DNA of 64,000 nucleotides from Octopus sinensis (taxonomy: Eukaryota), in the NCBI RefSeq assembly GCF_006345805.1, contig NC_043003.1, forward strand, positions 67,146,001 to 67,210,000, in the 5' to 3' direction. The translations under genes were made by a program, and so were the position numbers. Shown in pieces: positions 37,590 through 50,610 of this stretch. Each line of letters opens with the position of its first letter. Positions within the stretch are counted from its first letter, which is position 1. Below the pieces are notes generated by a model. The model had not been told where the DNA came from, did not search any database, and saw only the letters and a list, made by a program, of their open reading frames with translations.

Positions 37590-38035
37590 ATGCTGTGTGT
37601 CCAGCACTATACGCCCACACACGCCCACATAAACACATGACAGAAGTAACTAAACACCCCATAAATCATCGTTTGTTTTATGTTTGTTCTAGCTTGTAAA
37701 TGTTTATATTCTTTACTAATTGACATTTCTATGTTTCAGGCTCTATATGTAACTGTTTAATTATGCCAGGTACAAAAGAAGCCTTGGAACTCTGAGTTTC
37801 AAATACGCCGTATTGTGGTTCATTCTGAAGGTGGGCATAGTCAATGTATAATCGCAGAAAACCTTGGGATCCCGCTTTTTACAGTTAATAGAGTTATTGT
37901 ACAATTCAGCAGACAGGAGAATGTGTCCACATCATCTTGCCCAGATCAACCAAAGCCCTCTGACAGAACCCTTCTTTTTAAGAGAACTGTGGCGGATAAA
38001 CCTCATTGCGGATAATCATCTTTGTGGATAATCCT
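37590..38035 (+). mobile_element. Tc1-type transposase N-terminal (HTH) remnant
   Basis: MPGTKE..RIVVHSEGGHSQCIIAENLGIPLFTVNRVIVQFSRQENVSTSSCPDQPKPSDRT..KRTVADKP. Confidence 0.8.
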
Positions 38036-40129
38036 CGTGTGTATGTCAGCATGTGTATTCATACATATGCACATACACATATGCACAAATACATGCATAC
38101 ACACATTCGTCATACTCGTATATACCACATTAAATAAATGACTATATTCGACTTTTACCTCGTTTTAGAATTTTCGTATTTTCTTCTACTCACTTTACAT
38201 CTGGTTTGGAACAGTAGCATTTTTAAATCCTTATCTGAAGTGTCCCTACGTCCACAGTCACTTGGTGAAGAAAGGAATTGAACATATCAGCTGTTCAATT
38301 TCTTTTTCGACGACTGAGTTTATCTAAAGTTTACCGGCAAAGATTTTTGTGATCGTTAAAGTCTCAGCATCACGTGTTGATATCTTTTCAGCGAGGTCAA
38401 AGTTTGAATACTACGTTTTATATAATTTCATGTCTCTTTCAACTTGTTAGAGTTTTTGTGTTTTTGCGTGTTATTACTGCAATTTTACTGTGATATGAAT
38501 ATGTTTTCCATAATTTATTTTTGTTTGGCAAGCATTTTCATATAGTATTTTTCTATAGCATTCTACTATCTAATTTCGTTGTGGTATATGGTATAAAAAT
38601 GTGGAAGAGATCCCATGTTGCAAATGCATAGTGAGCCTATGTGAGATTTTTGTATTGGTCTGTCCAATGTAACAGTAAGTGTCTTAAAGATTCAGCTTCA
38701 GTTTAACAGTTAAATTTATAGATATCAATGGTTATCTGCAGTCTGTTCAACGGACCAAACAGAACATCCGCATCAGAAACATAAGATCCTAAATAAATAA
38801 ACCTACGCATTCAATCGCTAAACAAATCGACAGATTTGTTGAAGATACACACCAGATAACTACAGCGCAAACTCAGCTGAGCAATTTCTGGCTGTGTGGT
38901 AAAATGATTGCTTCTAAACACGTTGTTCTTGGTTCAGAAACATTTCGTTTGTACCTTGTACTACAGCATTGGGCCGACAATAGCTTTTAGAGTGCATTTA
39001 CTTGACGGAAATTGAAAGAAGCTATTTAGATCATGTGTATGTGTGTGGCTTTATTTCTATTTTTCTCCACCACCACTGGTTGACAACGCGTGTTGGCTAC
39101 CTAGTTTTTAACTTCGTGATTCGGTAAAAAAAAAACCGATAGTGCCATACTCAAAAATGTACTGAGGCGGGTGAATTTGACTAAAGATTTTTCAAGTCGA
39201 TTGAAACTATTAAAAAAGAGATGCACTAGATTCCATCTCTATATTCGATCTAGAAAGTGTGTTCACCGACTTCCAGAGAGAGAGAGAGAATTGATAGAAA
39301 TCATAATAGCTAACACATATAAATCCCAAACAATAAAACCATCTCAGATGCAATAATACTTATAGAAACAAAATCACAACAAATGATATGCTGAACGGAA
39401 ACAGTGTAGTGCGGCATATTGTTTACTTTTTTCAGATCAATTTCTACAGTGATTAACTTTGCCTTTCATCTTTCTAGTTTCAATAAAACAAGGGTCAGTA
39501 AAATGTTGCAATCAATTATACTCTTCCACAAAATATGTGGCTACGTGCCAATGTTAAAAATAAATGTTATTTACTATTCTAAGAAATCGTTTAAACAAAT
39601 TAGAAAGATTCTACTTTTGTAAATATGGGTACGATAATTTTTGCAGTTTAATACAGCACCATAATATTTAAAAATAATCGGTCCAATTTACAATATTCTT
39701 GTCTAATTTTTATTATTTTTGAATGTTGTTAGCTTTCTCAACCATGTACAGTTTGTCAGCTGCTCAATTTAAAATCTCACCATAATTGTGGTTTTTTAAA
39801 ATTTTTTAAAAATTATTCTTTACAATTATTCATCATTATCAATCATCATCATCATCATCATCACCACCACCACCATCTTTGCCATCATCAACATCATCAT
39901 CACTATCGTCATCTTCATCAACATCATCACCACCACCACCACCACCACTATCATCATCATTATCAACATAATTATCAGCATCAACACCATCATCATCATC
40001 ACACCACCACCACCACCACCACCACCACCAGCATTGTGATCGTCATCGCATAAATCATCATCATCATCATCGTCATAGCTGTCGTCGTCGTCGTTCTCGT
40101 TGATGTTCTTGTTGCTGGAGTGTTATTAT

Positions 40130-40370
40130 TGCACATTTCATTTCTCACAGCATTCGATTTGACTTCCTCCAGTAAATTCTGTAAGAAAGTGCAACAACCT
40201 GTTGTCAGCAGTTTTACAGGGTCTCTCTCCGTGATACTCAACATCCAACCATCAATTTCAATTCCTATTTCACCCACAGATTTCCCAAACATTGTTATTA
40301 ATGCTTCCAAGAGCGTTGCAACTACTGAGATCATCTTGTAGTAACTTTTCCACTTTATTTTTCCAGTCAT
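40130..40370 (-). mobile_element. Degenerate Dong 3' end
   Basis: WKNKVEK..SSCNALGSINNNVWEICG / EIGIEID..PVKLLTTGCCTFLQNLLE resembles the RLE C-terminus. It lies between (TAA)n tracts. Confidence 0.6.
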
Positions 40371-40380
40371 TATTATTATA

Positions 40381-40440
<60 letters not shown>

Positions 40441-40504
40441 ATTATTATTATTATTATTATTATCATTATCATCATCATCATCATCATTATTATTATTATT
40501 ATTA

Positions 40505-42705
40505 TTATTACTTTTTTTTTCTTCTTTCAAATTTGCTTCTATTTCTTGCCGGGTGTCTTCCCGACTCCTAGGGCAAAGAAACTCATAGTATACATTGGTA
40601 GGCCATTAAACCAAACTCAATAGTTCGTTCAATTCTTTTTTTTTTTTTAATTAAAATACATGAGCAGCAACAGTTCTCACATCGACAATGCTCTTCTCAA
40701 TACGTGTGATGTACCAGTTAAGACAATATTTTGCACTTCTTGCAGGGATGGTAAGCCAGGGATCATTCTCATATAATTTTCGGTTCCCTTCTTGATCATT
40801 CCTAGTGCTCCTACGATCACTGGTATTGTAACCGCCTTGAGATGCCACATTTTCTCAATTTCAATGAGTAGGTCTTTATATTTTCTGAGCTTGTCAAACT
40901 CTTTCGCTGAGATATTATGATCACAGGGGATGCTCATGTCGGTCAATAAGCAAACTTTATTGTTTTGGTCTTTCACAACAATTTATTGGCCTTGATGGTT
41001 CGGTCTGTATGTACTGGAAAGTCCCACAGAATGGTTACATTTTCTCCTTCAGTTACAGCCTCAGGGTGGTGATTATACCACTTGTCGGCAGTTTTGATAT
41101 TGTAATGGCGACTTATTAGCCAGTGGAGATATTGGCCAACTCTGTCATGTCTTAATTTATACTCCACTGGTGCTAAGACCTTACATCCAGAGATTAGGTG
41201 GTCCACTGTTTCAATCATGTCGTTGCAGAATCGGCATTTTGGGTCTGCTCCATTTTTCATCACATTGGCCTGGTAGTTCCGGGTTAATAGGCTTTGATCT
41301 TGAGCAGCCAGGATGAAACCTTCGCTCTCTGCTTTTAGCCCTGAGCTCCGTAGCCACTGATGGGTTTGCTTCTGGTCAACATCAGCTTGTTTGCTGCGGG
41401 TCACATATTTGCCGTGCAGAGGTTTCTCCTCCCACCTATCAGCCAATTGCTCGTGCGCTTTCTTCATTGCCATCATTTTCACCTTCTTTGCAACAATAGT
41501 TGCCGTACTTCTCTCGGGTTGTTCAGTTTGGGTATCCTGCATGAGATCAATAGCAAATTTTTTGCCTTCCTTTATGATAGAATGAAGCTTCTTTCGTCTC
41601 TCGTGATTTTCCACGAGCTTTAGCATCTAGTCATTCGATATTTCGAGATATTTTACCAGTCCAATTGTGGTTGTTTTGTAAGCTAGTTAAAATTGGATCA
41701 GGCCTCGACCTCCTTGGGCTCTGGGAAGGTAAAGGCGATCTACGTCTGCCTTTGGGTGGTGCCTCCTATTACAACTCAGCAGCTTGCGTATTTTTCTATC
41801 TATATTCTTTACTTCACTCATATTCCAGTTCAACACATTGTAGCTATAAGTAACAACTGGAACTGCTAAGGAATTTATAGCTAACACCTTGTTACGTGCA
41901 TTTAGTTCAGATTTCAGGACTGCACGAACTCTCCTATAACATTCCTTCCTGATTTTCTCTTTCATGCTTGCATGCTGAATACCAGAGCCTTCATTTATCC
42001 CTAAATATTTGTATGTTTGTTCTTGCTCAAGCTCTCTTATGACTGTGTCAACATCTAACACGACTGAATTTGTGGTCTTCACTTTCCCTTTCTGGAAAGT
42101 GGCCTTGGCACACTTCTCAAGTCCAAACTCCATCCCGATGTCATCGCTGAATGCTTTCACGGTGCGCAATAGGCCTTCAAGTTCATTATTGTCTTTGCCA
42201 CAAAGTTTTAAGTCATCCATATAAAATAGATGGCTTATTTTTTTATTGGCAATTTTATACCCATACCCTGTTCTGTTTAATTCACTTGTAAGGGGTATTA
42301 GGGCTATGCAGAATATTAAAGGTGAGAGTGAGTCACCGTGAACAATTCCACAGTTGATGTTTATATTTTCTGAGGCATGTACTCCATTAGAGTGGTATAA
42401 TTGGAGATTCGTATTCCACAACGACATATTGTGCTTCAGGAAGTTTGAAATCACAGGGGAAATTTTGAAGATGTCCAGCGATCTCAAGATCCATGGATGC
42501 GGCATACTGTCGAAGGCCTTTTTGTAGTCAATCCATGCGGTGCTGAGATTTCTGCGCTTGTTGTGACAGTTCTCAAGGATCATACGATTGATTAGCAGTT
42601 GATCTTTGCATCCGTAAGAACCTCGGCGGGACCCTTTTTGTTCAATGGGGAAAATATCGTTCTTCTCCATGAATGCATATGTTTTCTCCGCCAGGATAGA
42701 TGTTA
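40505..42705 (-). mobile_element. 5'-truncated R4/Dong-type RLE retrotransposon (RT, CCHC knuckle, endonuclease, 3' UTR), with frameshifts
   Basis: EQKGSRRGSYGCKDQLLIN..AWIDYKKAFDS..GIVHGDSLSPLIF..SHLFYMDDLKL..GMEFGLEKC..LYLPRAQGGRGLI; CRFCNDMIETVDHLISGC; LLTDMSIP..KLRKYKDLLIEI..PVIVGALG. It has (TAA)n on both sides. Confidence 0.96.
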
Positions 42706-42747
42706 GGATTATTATTATTATTATTATTATTATTATCATTATTATTA

Positions 42748-42814
<67 letters not shown>

Positions 42815-42831
42815 TATTATTATTATCATTA

Positions 42832-43065
42832 TAGAAACAATGCTCAGGTTTGATCTTATTGCTGGTAGGATTTTTGTGGGCAACAGGTTACCACCTATAA
42901 CCTTTGGCATCCATGATTGTTTGGCAGCCTTTCAAGTGCTTACAACCCTCCTGATAATCCTTGCTGTCCCTAAGAGTCAAACTTTCTGTAGGAGCTCTAA
43001 CGGGCATTCTATTTCAATCTCATTCAGCCAATTGCCTCTATCTTGGCTTACTGTTTCCTGTTAAT
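42832..43065 (-). mobile_element. Dong 3' end of another subfamily
   Basis: TVSQDRGNWLNEIEIECPLELLQKV*LLGTARIIRRVVST* plus UTR, followed by (TAA)n. Confidence 0.75.
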
Positions 43066-43389
43066 ACGCACCAATTAATATTGGCATAACCTTGTTTACA
43101 TGCTCCAAATTATTACGAGTTTAAATTTTAATGGGAATTTTTTCGTTCTCTGTCCTTATGGTCCAGGAATAAAACACTAATAAGTAAGCAACTTATCTAT
43201 CAATGTAACATCTAGTCTATTATTTTCCAACTTCTTGTCCGTTCGAATAGGAAGTTTAGTTGTTGTTGTTGCTAATGTTGTTGTTGGTCACCGTAACTAA
43301 ACAGTGCTCGGTAGTTTATTCTTTTCTTTTTTTTTAGTTGACCAGAAAAATAAGTGATCGAGTAACCATTTTCGTTACTCATCCAACCG

Positions 43390-43582
43390 AACATCTTCGG
43401 TAACATTGAGAAAATAATCCAAAATGATCAAGAGACAGGCTGAGAAGACAGTGGATGGACAATATCAAGAGTTGTTTCGACAAGTGTATCAAGGCTGCTG
43501 AAGAATTCGCGCACAATTAGGAAGATTTACTTTTAACGTCACCAATTCGCAATAGGCGCATGATACACGATGACGACGACGG
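43390..43582 (+). mobile_element. RTE-clade LINE 3' tip
   Basis: RDRLRRQWMDNIKSCFDKCIKAAEE..FNVTNSQ*, ending in (GAT/GAC)n. Confidence 0.55.
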
Positions 43583-43699
43583 CGGTGAAGAGTCAAATAA
43601 TTGAATAAATGCGTAATTAAACGATTCCAGATTACTTGTAATTAATGGCTAAAAGGATTTGTGAAGTATTCAAATAATTCCTTTCATAATTTGAAGTCA

Positions 43700-44015
43700 A
43701 AAATTGCTTGTTGCTTCTCGAGCCACGCCTGGCTCATAGGGCTGGTTTCCCGATTTCCGGTTTCCTTGCCGTATAGGTTTCCCCACCAAGACGGGAGGCC
43801 GGTCTGTCGCTGGTGAGCTGCTAGATGCAGGAGGAAAGAGTGAGACAAAGTTGTGGCGAAAGAGTCAGCAGAAGTTTGCCATTACCTTCTGCCGGAGCCG
43901 CGTGCAGCTTAGTTGTTTCGCTCATAAACACAAACATCGCCCTGTCTGAGATTCGAACCCACAATCCCTCGACCGCCAGTCCGCTGCTCTAACCACTAGG
44001 CCATGCGCCTCCACA
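43700..44015 (-). mobile_element. SINE family C, tail type 1
   Basis: The head tgtggaggcgcatggcctagtggttagagcagcgg..ggttcgaatctc has A and B boxes. The tail is gaaaccagccctatgagccaggcgtggctcgagaagcaacaa. Confidence 0.88.
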
Positions 44016-44439
44016 AAGTCAAAAATGCTTTATACCAAGCATATTCTCTGACGAAATTTCTAAAAAAATTTATATGTATCTGTATTTATATAGGTGGATG
44101 CATTTGAAATGGATTTATTAGAATGCTATGTCTGTATATAGAGGCTCTATTAAAATCTATTAAACAGTAAAGTATAATGGCCTGTGAATCCTCTCCATAC
44201 TAAAGCACATACAAACGCGTGCACGCCCGCTCACAAGCACTCACACGCATTAGATTATGCTTAAATTAAAATATAGCATTTAAAGCGATCATAGCCAGCT
44301 TAAATGTTCTACCTGTTTTATGTTCAAACTGGCCATATCTGATTTGTCGTACCTTCCCTATAATGTCATTCTAGAAATAAGCAATCGCGTCAACGAAATC
44401 TCACAAGAACAAGATGAGGTATGATTAAATCAACATTAT

Positions 44440-44860
44440 TTGTTATTTACCAGTGCCTATCCCTCATAGGAGGGTTTAGCCACAAGTACATACCAGGCAT
44501 TCCATTAATTTTTCAGCTCAAAGAGGTGAGCCCCGTCCTGTGCTCGGATCAAGGCATAGAAAGCAAACCCCGATATCAGCATTGGGTCTCGGCAGCAGAT
44601 GCTGGTTTACCCACGCCGCATCCTTACCCTTTCAGTAACATCAATTCACTCATCCGTCTACAAACACACTCCAAGCTTTCGTATCGTTTGCAAACTATCT
44701 TGCCTCTCTCAGTCCATCACCTCTAACCATCAAAGCTTTCTTCACTCCATCCATCCACACAAACCGAGGTCTACCATTTGTTCTGCTGCTTACCACTTCT
44801 CCCTTCATTATTCTCCTTACCATCCGCTTCTCATCCATCCTCTCCATTTAAAATGTTGCT
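44440..44860 (-). mobile_element. RTE-clade LINE 3' fragment
   Basis: MERMDEKRMVRRIMKGEVVSSRTNGRPRFVWMDGVKKAL.VRGDGLREAR, followed by a 3' UTR. Confidence 0.75.
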
Positions 44861-44869
44861 GTTTGTTCC

Positions 44870-45132
44870 TTCCCGTGCAATGCCTGGTCCATAAGGGCCG
44901 GTCTCCCGGTTTCTTTAGCGTATAGTTTCCCCACCTGAATGGGAGGCCAGTCCATCGCAAATGAGCTGCTAGATACAGAAGGAAAAATTGAGAGAAAGTT
45001 GTGGCGAAAGAGACAGCACAAGTTCGCCATTTTCTTCTGCCTAAGCCACATGGAGCTTAGGTCAGGGATTCGAACCCATGCTCCCTCGGCCGCGAATGGC
45101 AGCTCTAACCACTTGGTCATGTGCTGCCACCC
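44870..45132 (-). mobile_element. SINE family C, tail type 1
   Basis: Colinear with 43700-44015. Confidence 0.82.
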
Positions 45133-45994
45133 ATTCAAAATACTGTGAATATATAAACCTTACATTTGACAGAGTAATCTCAATTCTAAAAGGTTTGGAA
45201 GATATTGTCATTTTAATGCATAAATAACATGGAAAAATAGAACTTTGAATTTATTTAGTATGTATTCTCTGTAAATAACAGTAAGTAGTATGATGGTTTG
45301 CGTTCTACTCGTGGCCATTCCGTTTCATTGAATATTTTTCGATGGTAAGTGGGGATTAGTTTTCAATTTTGTGGAAATTTGACAGATATTTCTTGTACTT
45401 AAAGCAGTTCTGGAGATAGTTGGGTTGTAAATAAATAAATGAGTCATAGCTGCCGAATTTTTTTTTTCTTCTAAGTACATTCTAATCTAGGAAGTTCGAT
45501 GCCGCGTGAAAGCAAGAATCACATGATATACATGTTCTACAGAAATCAGCTTTAATCTAGAATATACACACATAAGATATCAACGAATTCTCCAAAATAA
45601 AATATTATAAATTACTTTATTTTTTTAAATCAATACACAGATCTACTACAAACAATTGCAAAAATATAAATATGATATCAATGCCAGCATTTTTTCCCCA
45701 TTAGTTCTTCTTGTGCTGTGTATTTCCTCGTAACCCATTATTGAAGTATACGGATGTCATTGTAATTTAGTGGTTTACTTGCCAGAACTGTGTAAAAGTG
45801 AGAAGGCTATGATATAGTTCCTCTGTACTTTTATTTCTTTTGTTAAAATTGGAAATTTAATTTCGTTCTTTTCATATCTTTCTATTTTACCTTTTATTGC
45901 TTAAATTTTATTTCTGAATTCCCATTGTGCGTACATTTAAATTTTAAATTTCTATTTCTAGTATGAGATTTTATACCGGAAATATTTTTTTTCT

Positions 45995-46032
45995 TTTGTC
46001 CGAAACGATACACACGCACACATACACACATG

Positions 46033-46106
<74 letters not shown>

Positions 46107-46734
46107 ATATACATACATATATATATGTATATACATATATATATATGTATATACATCTATATAAATATATATATACATATACATCTATATAAATATATGT
46201 ATATACATATACATCTATATAAATATATATATACATATATAAATATATGTATACATATATATATATATGTTTATACATGTATATAAACATATATATATAT
46301 ACATATATACATATGTAAACATGTATATATATACATACATATATACATGCATATATATATATACATACATATATACATGCATATATACATGCATATATGT
46401 ATGTATGTATATATATATATATAATATATATATACATACATACATATATATATGTATATACATATATATATATGTATATACATCTATATAAATATATATA
46501 TATACATATACATCTATATAAATATATGTATATACATATACATCTATATAAATATATATATACATATATAAATATATGTATACATATATATATATATATG
46601 TTTATACATGTATATAAACATATATATATATACATATATACATATGTAAACATGTATATATATACATACATATATACATGCATATATATATATACATACA
46701 TATATACATGCATATATACATGCATATATGTATG

Positions 46735-46779
<45 letters not shown>

Positions 46780-46810
46780 GTATATATATATATACATATA
46801 TACATATATG
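45995..46810. repeat. Compound (CA)/(TA)/(TACA) low-complexity tract with a ~331-bp tandem duplication
   Basis: The markers gtttatacatgtatataaac (46269 and 46600) and catatgtaaac (46310 and 46641) recur at a 331-bp period. Confidence 0.9.
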
Positions 46811-47426
46811 TGTGTGCATGTGTGTATATTGTGGTGCTATAATTGCATTTCATCTTTGTCCCAGCGTCCAAATACACAAGTTCACTGTTATCTCCATTTT
46901 GATTTATATATCCATTGACTGAAGCATCTGACCGTTTTCCGTACGTGTTTCTCATCAATTCTCATCAATTCATGCCTACGTTCATATTAAACCGCAATGG
47001 TAGCTTTGTATTTTCCCCTAATGTTCCCGAAATACTAAATCAATAACTCTCAAACCACTGAATACACACAACACTCTTCTATATTAAAGCGCAGCATTGA
47101 TTAATATCCGGCGTAACTTCACAAATATTTTGGTCAGTTAAATGGATTCATTACTTAAATAGTCTTGTAATATGGGAATGACAAATTGATGATGTGGCAA
47201 AGATGACTACGGCAGAAACTGAGCTCGGTGTTTTACATTGTGTAACAAGATTTTTGTCCTTGGTTAGCAAGGGTTATTTCCGATTCACCAACCTCTAGAA
47301 ATTGTGAATAAGTATTAATAATTTCTTCAAATTTAGCTTTTGGTATATCTACTCCAATCCTAACGAATTCCCCACAACACGTGATTATGATGTTTCCCCA
47401 TTACTCCTGCTGATAATCAGAGAAGC

Positions 47427-47484
<58 letters not shown>

Positions 47485-47895
47485 AAATCAAGTAGTCAGC
47501 GTGAAAAGCCTCATAAATATATTTAAGTGAAAAAATTGGTGGATATTTGCTCTTATGATGTCTTTCACGCTGACTACTTGATAACTTCTTTTAATTTTAA
47601 ATTACATATATACATACATACATATATACATATATATACATACATAGATATATACATACATATATACATATATATACATACATACATATATACATATATA
47701 TACATACATATATACATATATATATACATACATATACATACATTCATACATACATACATATATATACATACATACATATATACGTATACATATATACATA
47801 TATATATACATACATATATACATATATATACATACATATATACATATATATACATACGTATATACATATATATACATACATATTTATATATGTAT

Positions 47896-48188
47896 ATAGT
47901 CATCGCCAGGCTAACATGGCAGCCCAGGAAAATAGGACGAATTCTGCCGTTGATTAGCTCCAAAAGGCCATCGCCTCTAGTTAGCAATATGATACACAAA
48001 CCTGTGTCCATTACAATTTTCAAACAGGGGAGGTCAGCAGCTTCCAACTGCCCCGCCCCCCTGTTTAAAGGCTGTAATGGACAGGTTTGTGTGTCACATA
48101 GCTAGCTAGAGGCGATGGCATCTTGGAGCTAATCAATGGCAGCATTCGTCCTAATTTCCTGGACTGCCATTAGCTTGGCGATAACTAT
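47896..48188. mobile_element. Fold-back MITE with ~140-bp imperfect inverted arms
   Basis: The left arm atagtcatcgccaggctaacatggcagcccaggaaaataggacgaattctgccg... matches the reverse complement of the right arm along its length. There is a ~25-nt spacer and TA-rich flanks. Confidence 0.88.
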
Positions 48189-48482
48189 TAATATCCAGTA
48201 CTGATGACGTAGTCTCCTTTAGAGAGATTTAGAAATATTAACATTTCTATTATGTATATATATATAATACAAAATGGGACAAGAAAGCAAAACATCTGAA
48301 CAGCCAGGTGATACAAATATGGGACAACAAAACATCCAGATAGACGATACAAAGAAAACAAGAACGGGTCATTCGAAGTTTTCTTTCCTCAGTCAAGCAC
48401 CAGATTATCCTCGCAATTTCGACTGATTATTCTTGAGATTGTTCCAATCTGGCCAGCCCCAAAGAAAAACTTAGCTAAGAGC

Positions 48483-48524
<42 letters not shown>

Positions 48525-48528
<4 letters not shown>

Positions 48529-48827
48529 CGTCACCGTCACCGTGGTCAACCAGGCTATCAGATGTTGTCAAACATCCCTGGTCACAATGCACTTTGCATT
48601 GATTTAGCCTTCAAATGACGTCACCACGCTGGCTAAGCGGGCAAGCCAACAGAAGAAACAGTGAGCGAAAGTTGATGCGAAAGAGTACAGCAGGGATCAC
48701 CACCACCCCTTGCCGGAGCCTCGTGGAGCTTTAGGTGTTCTCGTTCAATGCCCGATCTGGGAATCAAAACCGCGATCCTACGACCGCGTGTCCGCTGCTT
48801 TAACCACTGGGCCATTGCGCCTCCACA
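48525..48827 (-). mobile_element. SINE family C, tail type 2
   Basis: Same head. The tail is gcttagccagcgtggtgacgtcatttgaaggctaaa..tgtgaccagggatg..cacggtgacggtgata. Confidence 0.85.
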
Positions 48828-48839
48828 TATATATATATA

Positions 48840-49020
48840 TTGGGAGAGTTTACGAAAAAAAAAACAACAAAATACGAAGACAGGTGGTGTACAAAACAAA
48901 CAGATGTATTAGTATAACGCTCAGGAATAGAAAAAGTCTTTTACGTTTCGAGCCTACGCTCTTCTACAGAAAGGGACACAGAAAACAAGGAGAGAAAAAA
49001 AATGTGTGTAATGGCTAACG
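48840..49020 (-). mobile_element. Penelope-type terminal-repeat fragment with a hammerhead-like motif (48936-48973)
   Basis: On minus: CTTT CTGTAGA A GAG-cgtagg-CTC GAAA CG TA AAAG. Bounded by (TA)n. Confidence 0.55.
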
Positions 49021-49033
49021 ATATATATATTTA

Positions 49034-49240
49034 AGGCGAGCTAGCTGAAATGTTAGCAGGCCAGATAAAAAGCTTAGCAGCATTTCGTCTATGTATACGT
49101 TCTGAGTACAAATTCCGCCGTGGTTGGCTTTGCCTTTCATCCTTTCTGTGTGTATCAAATACGTACCAGTTGAGTACAGGCGGTCGAATTAGCCCCTTCT
49201 CTGAAATTGTTGACCTTAAACCAAGATTTGAAACCAATAT
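49034..49240 (+). mobile_element. SINE family A
   Basis: aaggcgagctagctgaaatgttagc..gttctgagtacaaattccgccg..gtaccagttgag. Confidence 0.85.
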
Positions 49241-50204
49241 GTATTTTCAAAATGCAAACATTATTAATTTCAATCCCGAAAGGTTTCTCATCTTTTTTCC
49301 TGACGACGACGAATTTGAGTAACTCCGTTCCAAGTTAAGTGCTCGCATCCTGCCGAGATCAACTTTGCTGTTCTTTCCCCCGGGGTATGATATCGTGTAT
49401 GTACCTTCATCGAACCTAAATTAGAAACAATTGCTAGACGACGACCTGACAGAATCTTTAATACGTGGGAAAAAAAGATTTGAGAATATTTTCCGCTGCT
49501 TTATAAGTTCTTTGCTTCGAACACATCATTTGCCTTTTGTACTTTCGGGGCCGATTTAATAAAATTCCCATCAAATAGTGGGGCCGATGGTATCTTTTCT
49601 CCTCAATATTGTTGGCCTTGTGCCTAAATTATAAAGCATTATTTTTTTGTTGTTGTTGTTATCGCTATCATCATTGATGGTATAGCGTGATGTTATTCAT
49701 CATTAATACTATCGTATTTGTTATTGCCTTTTCACGTACTTCATACAAAAATTTCATTACAACCAAGTGTTAAATTTTTCGTCCTGCAACATTTTCAATT
49801 CTGATGGTGTTTCACTTGCTATTAATTTGCTGTTTTGTCGGAATTTATCAGTCACTTTATAACAGTGTTTTTATGTTTGTGTATGTTGGAAATGTTCATC
49901 GTGTACAAAAACGTTTGTGTTGATTACATTCCATCAGAGTTTACTGTTTGTTTTTCACATAACTATTCTTGTATATTGATTATTTCTCACATTTTGCGTA
50001 GATGGTATATGGACATGAAGGGATTTTTATGACAGCGTGCACGTTTATTCCCAGTAGTTTTCGATAGTGTTAATAGATTGGTTTGCATTTATCTCTTCTT
50101 CGGTTTGAATACGAAAGGTACAAGTGATTGTCCTCCTGCTACTGTGACAGGATGTTTATGTAGTGCATAGACGTAGTGCTATCAGTTATATTTTACAGTA
50201 TTGA

Positions 50205-50610
50205 TATGTTTTATTGCCCACAGGGGGCTAAACATAGAAGGGAAAAACAAAGGGTTTAAGTCGACTATACCGACCCCAATGCGTAACTGGTACTTGTTTA
50301 ATCGAACCCGAAAGGATGAACGGCAAAGTCGACCTCGGCGGAATTTGAACTCAGAACGTAGCGGCAAACAAAATACTTATTTTTTTACTACCCTCAAGGA
50401 GCTAAACACAGAGAGGACAAACAAGGACAGACCAACGGATTAACTCGATTATATCGACCTCAGTGCGTAACTGGTACTTATTTAATCGACCCCGAAAGGA
50501 TAAAAGGCAAAGTCGACCTCGGTGGAATTTGAACTCAGAACGTAGCTGCAGAAGAAATACCGCTAAGCATTTCGCCCAGCGTTCTAACGTTTCTGCTAGC
50601 TCGCCGCCCT
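50205..50610 (-). mobile_element. SINE family A dimer
   Basis: A full head at 50610, then a second unit restarting at taagtattttgtttgccgctacgttctgagttcaaattccgccgagg. Confidence 0.9.

Noticed and set aside
45958-46958. Long YI/HT/CV-rich ORFs (also at 3343, 23198, 35518, 47527, 57159) and poly-I/N/Y ORFs (5890, 8237, 9708, 39999)
   Set aside because: They are translations of (TA)n, (CA)n and (TAA)n microsatellites that lack stops in some frames.
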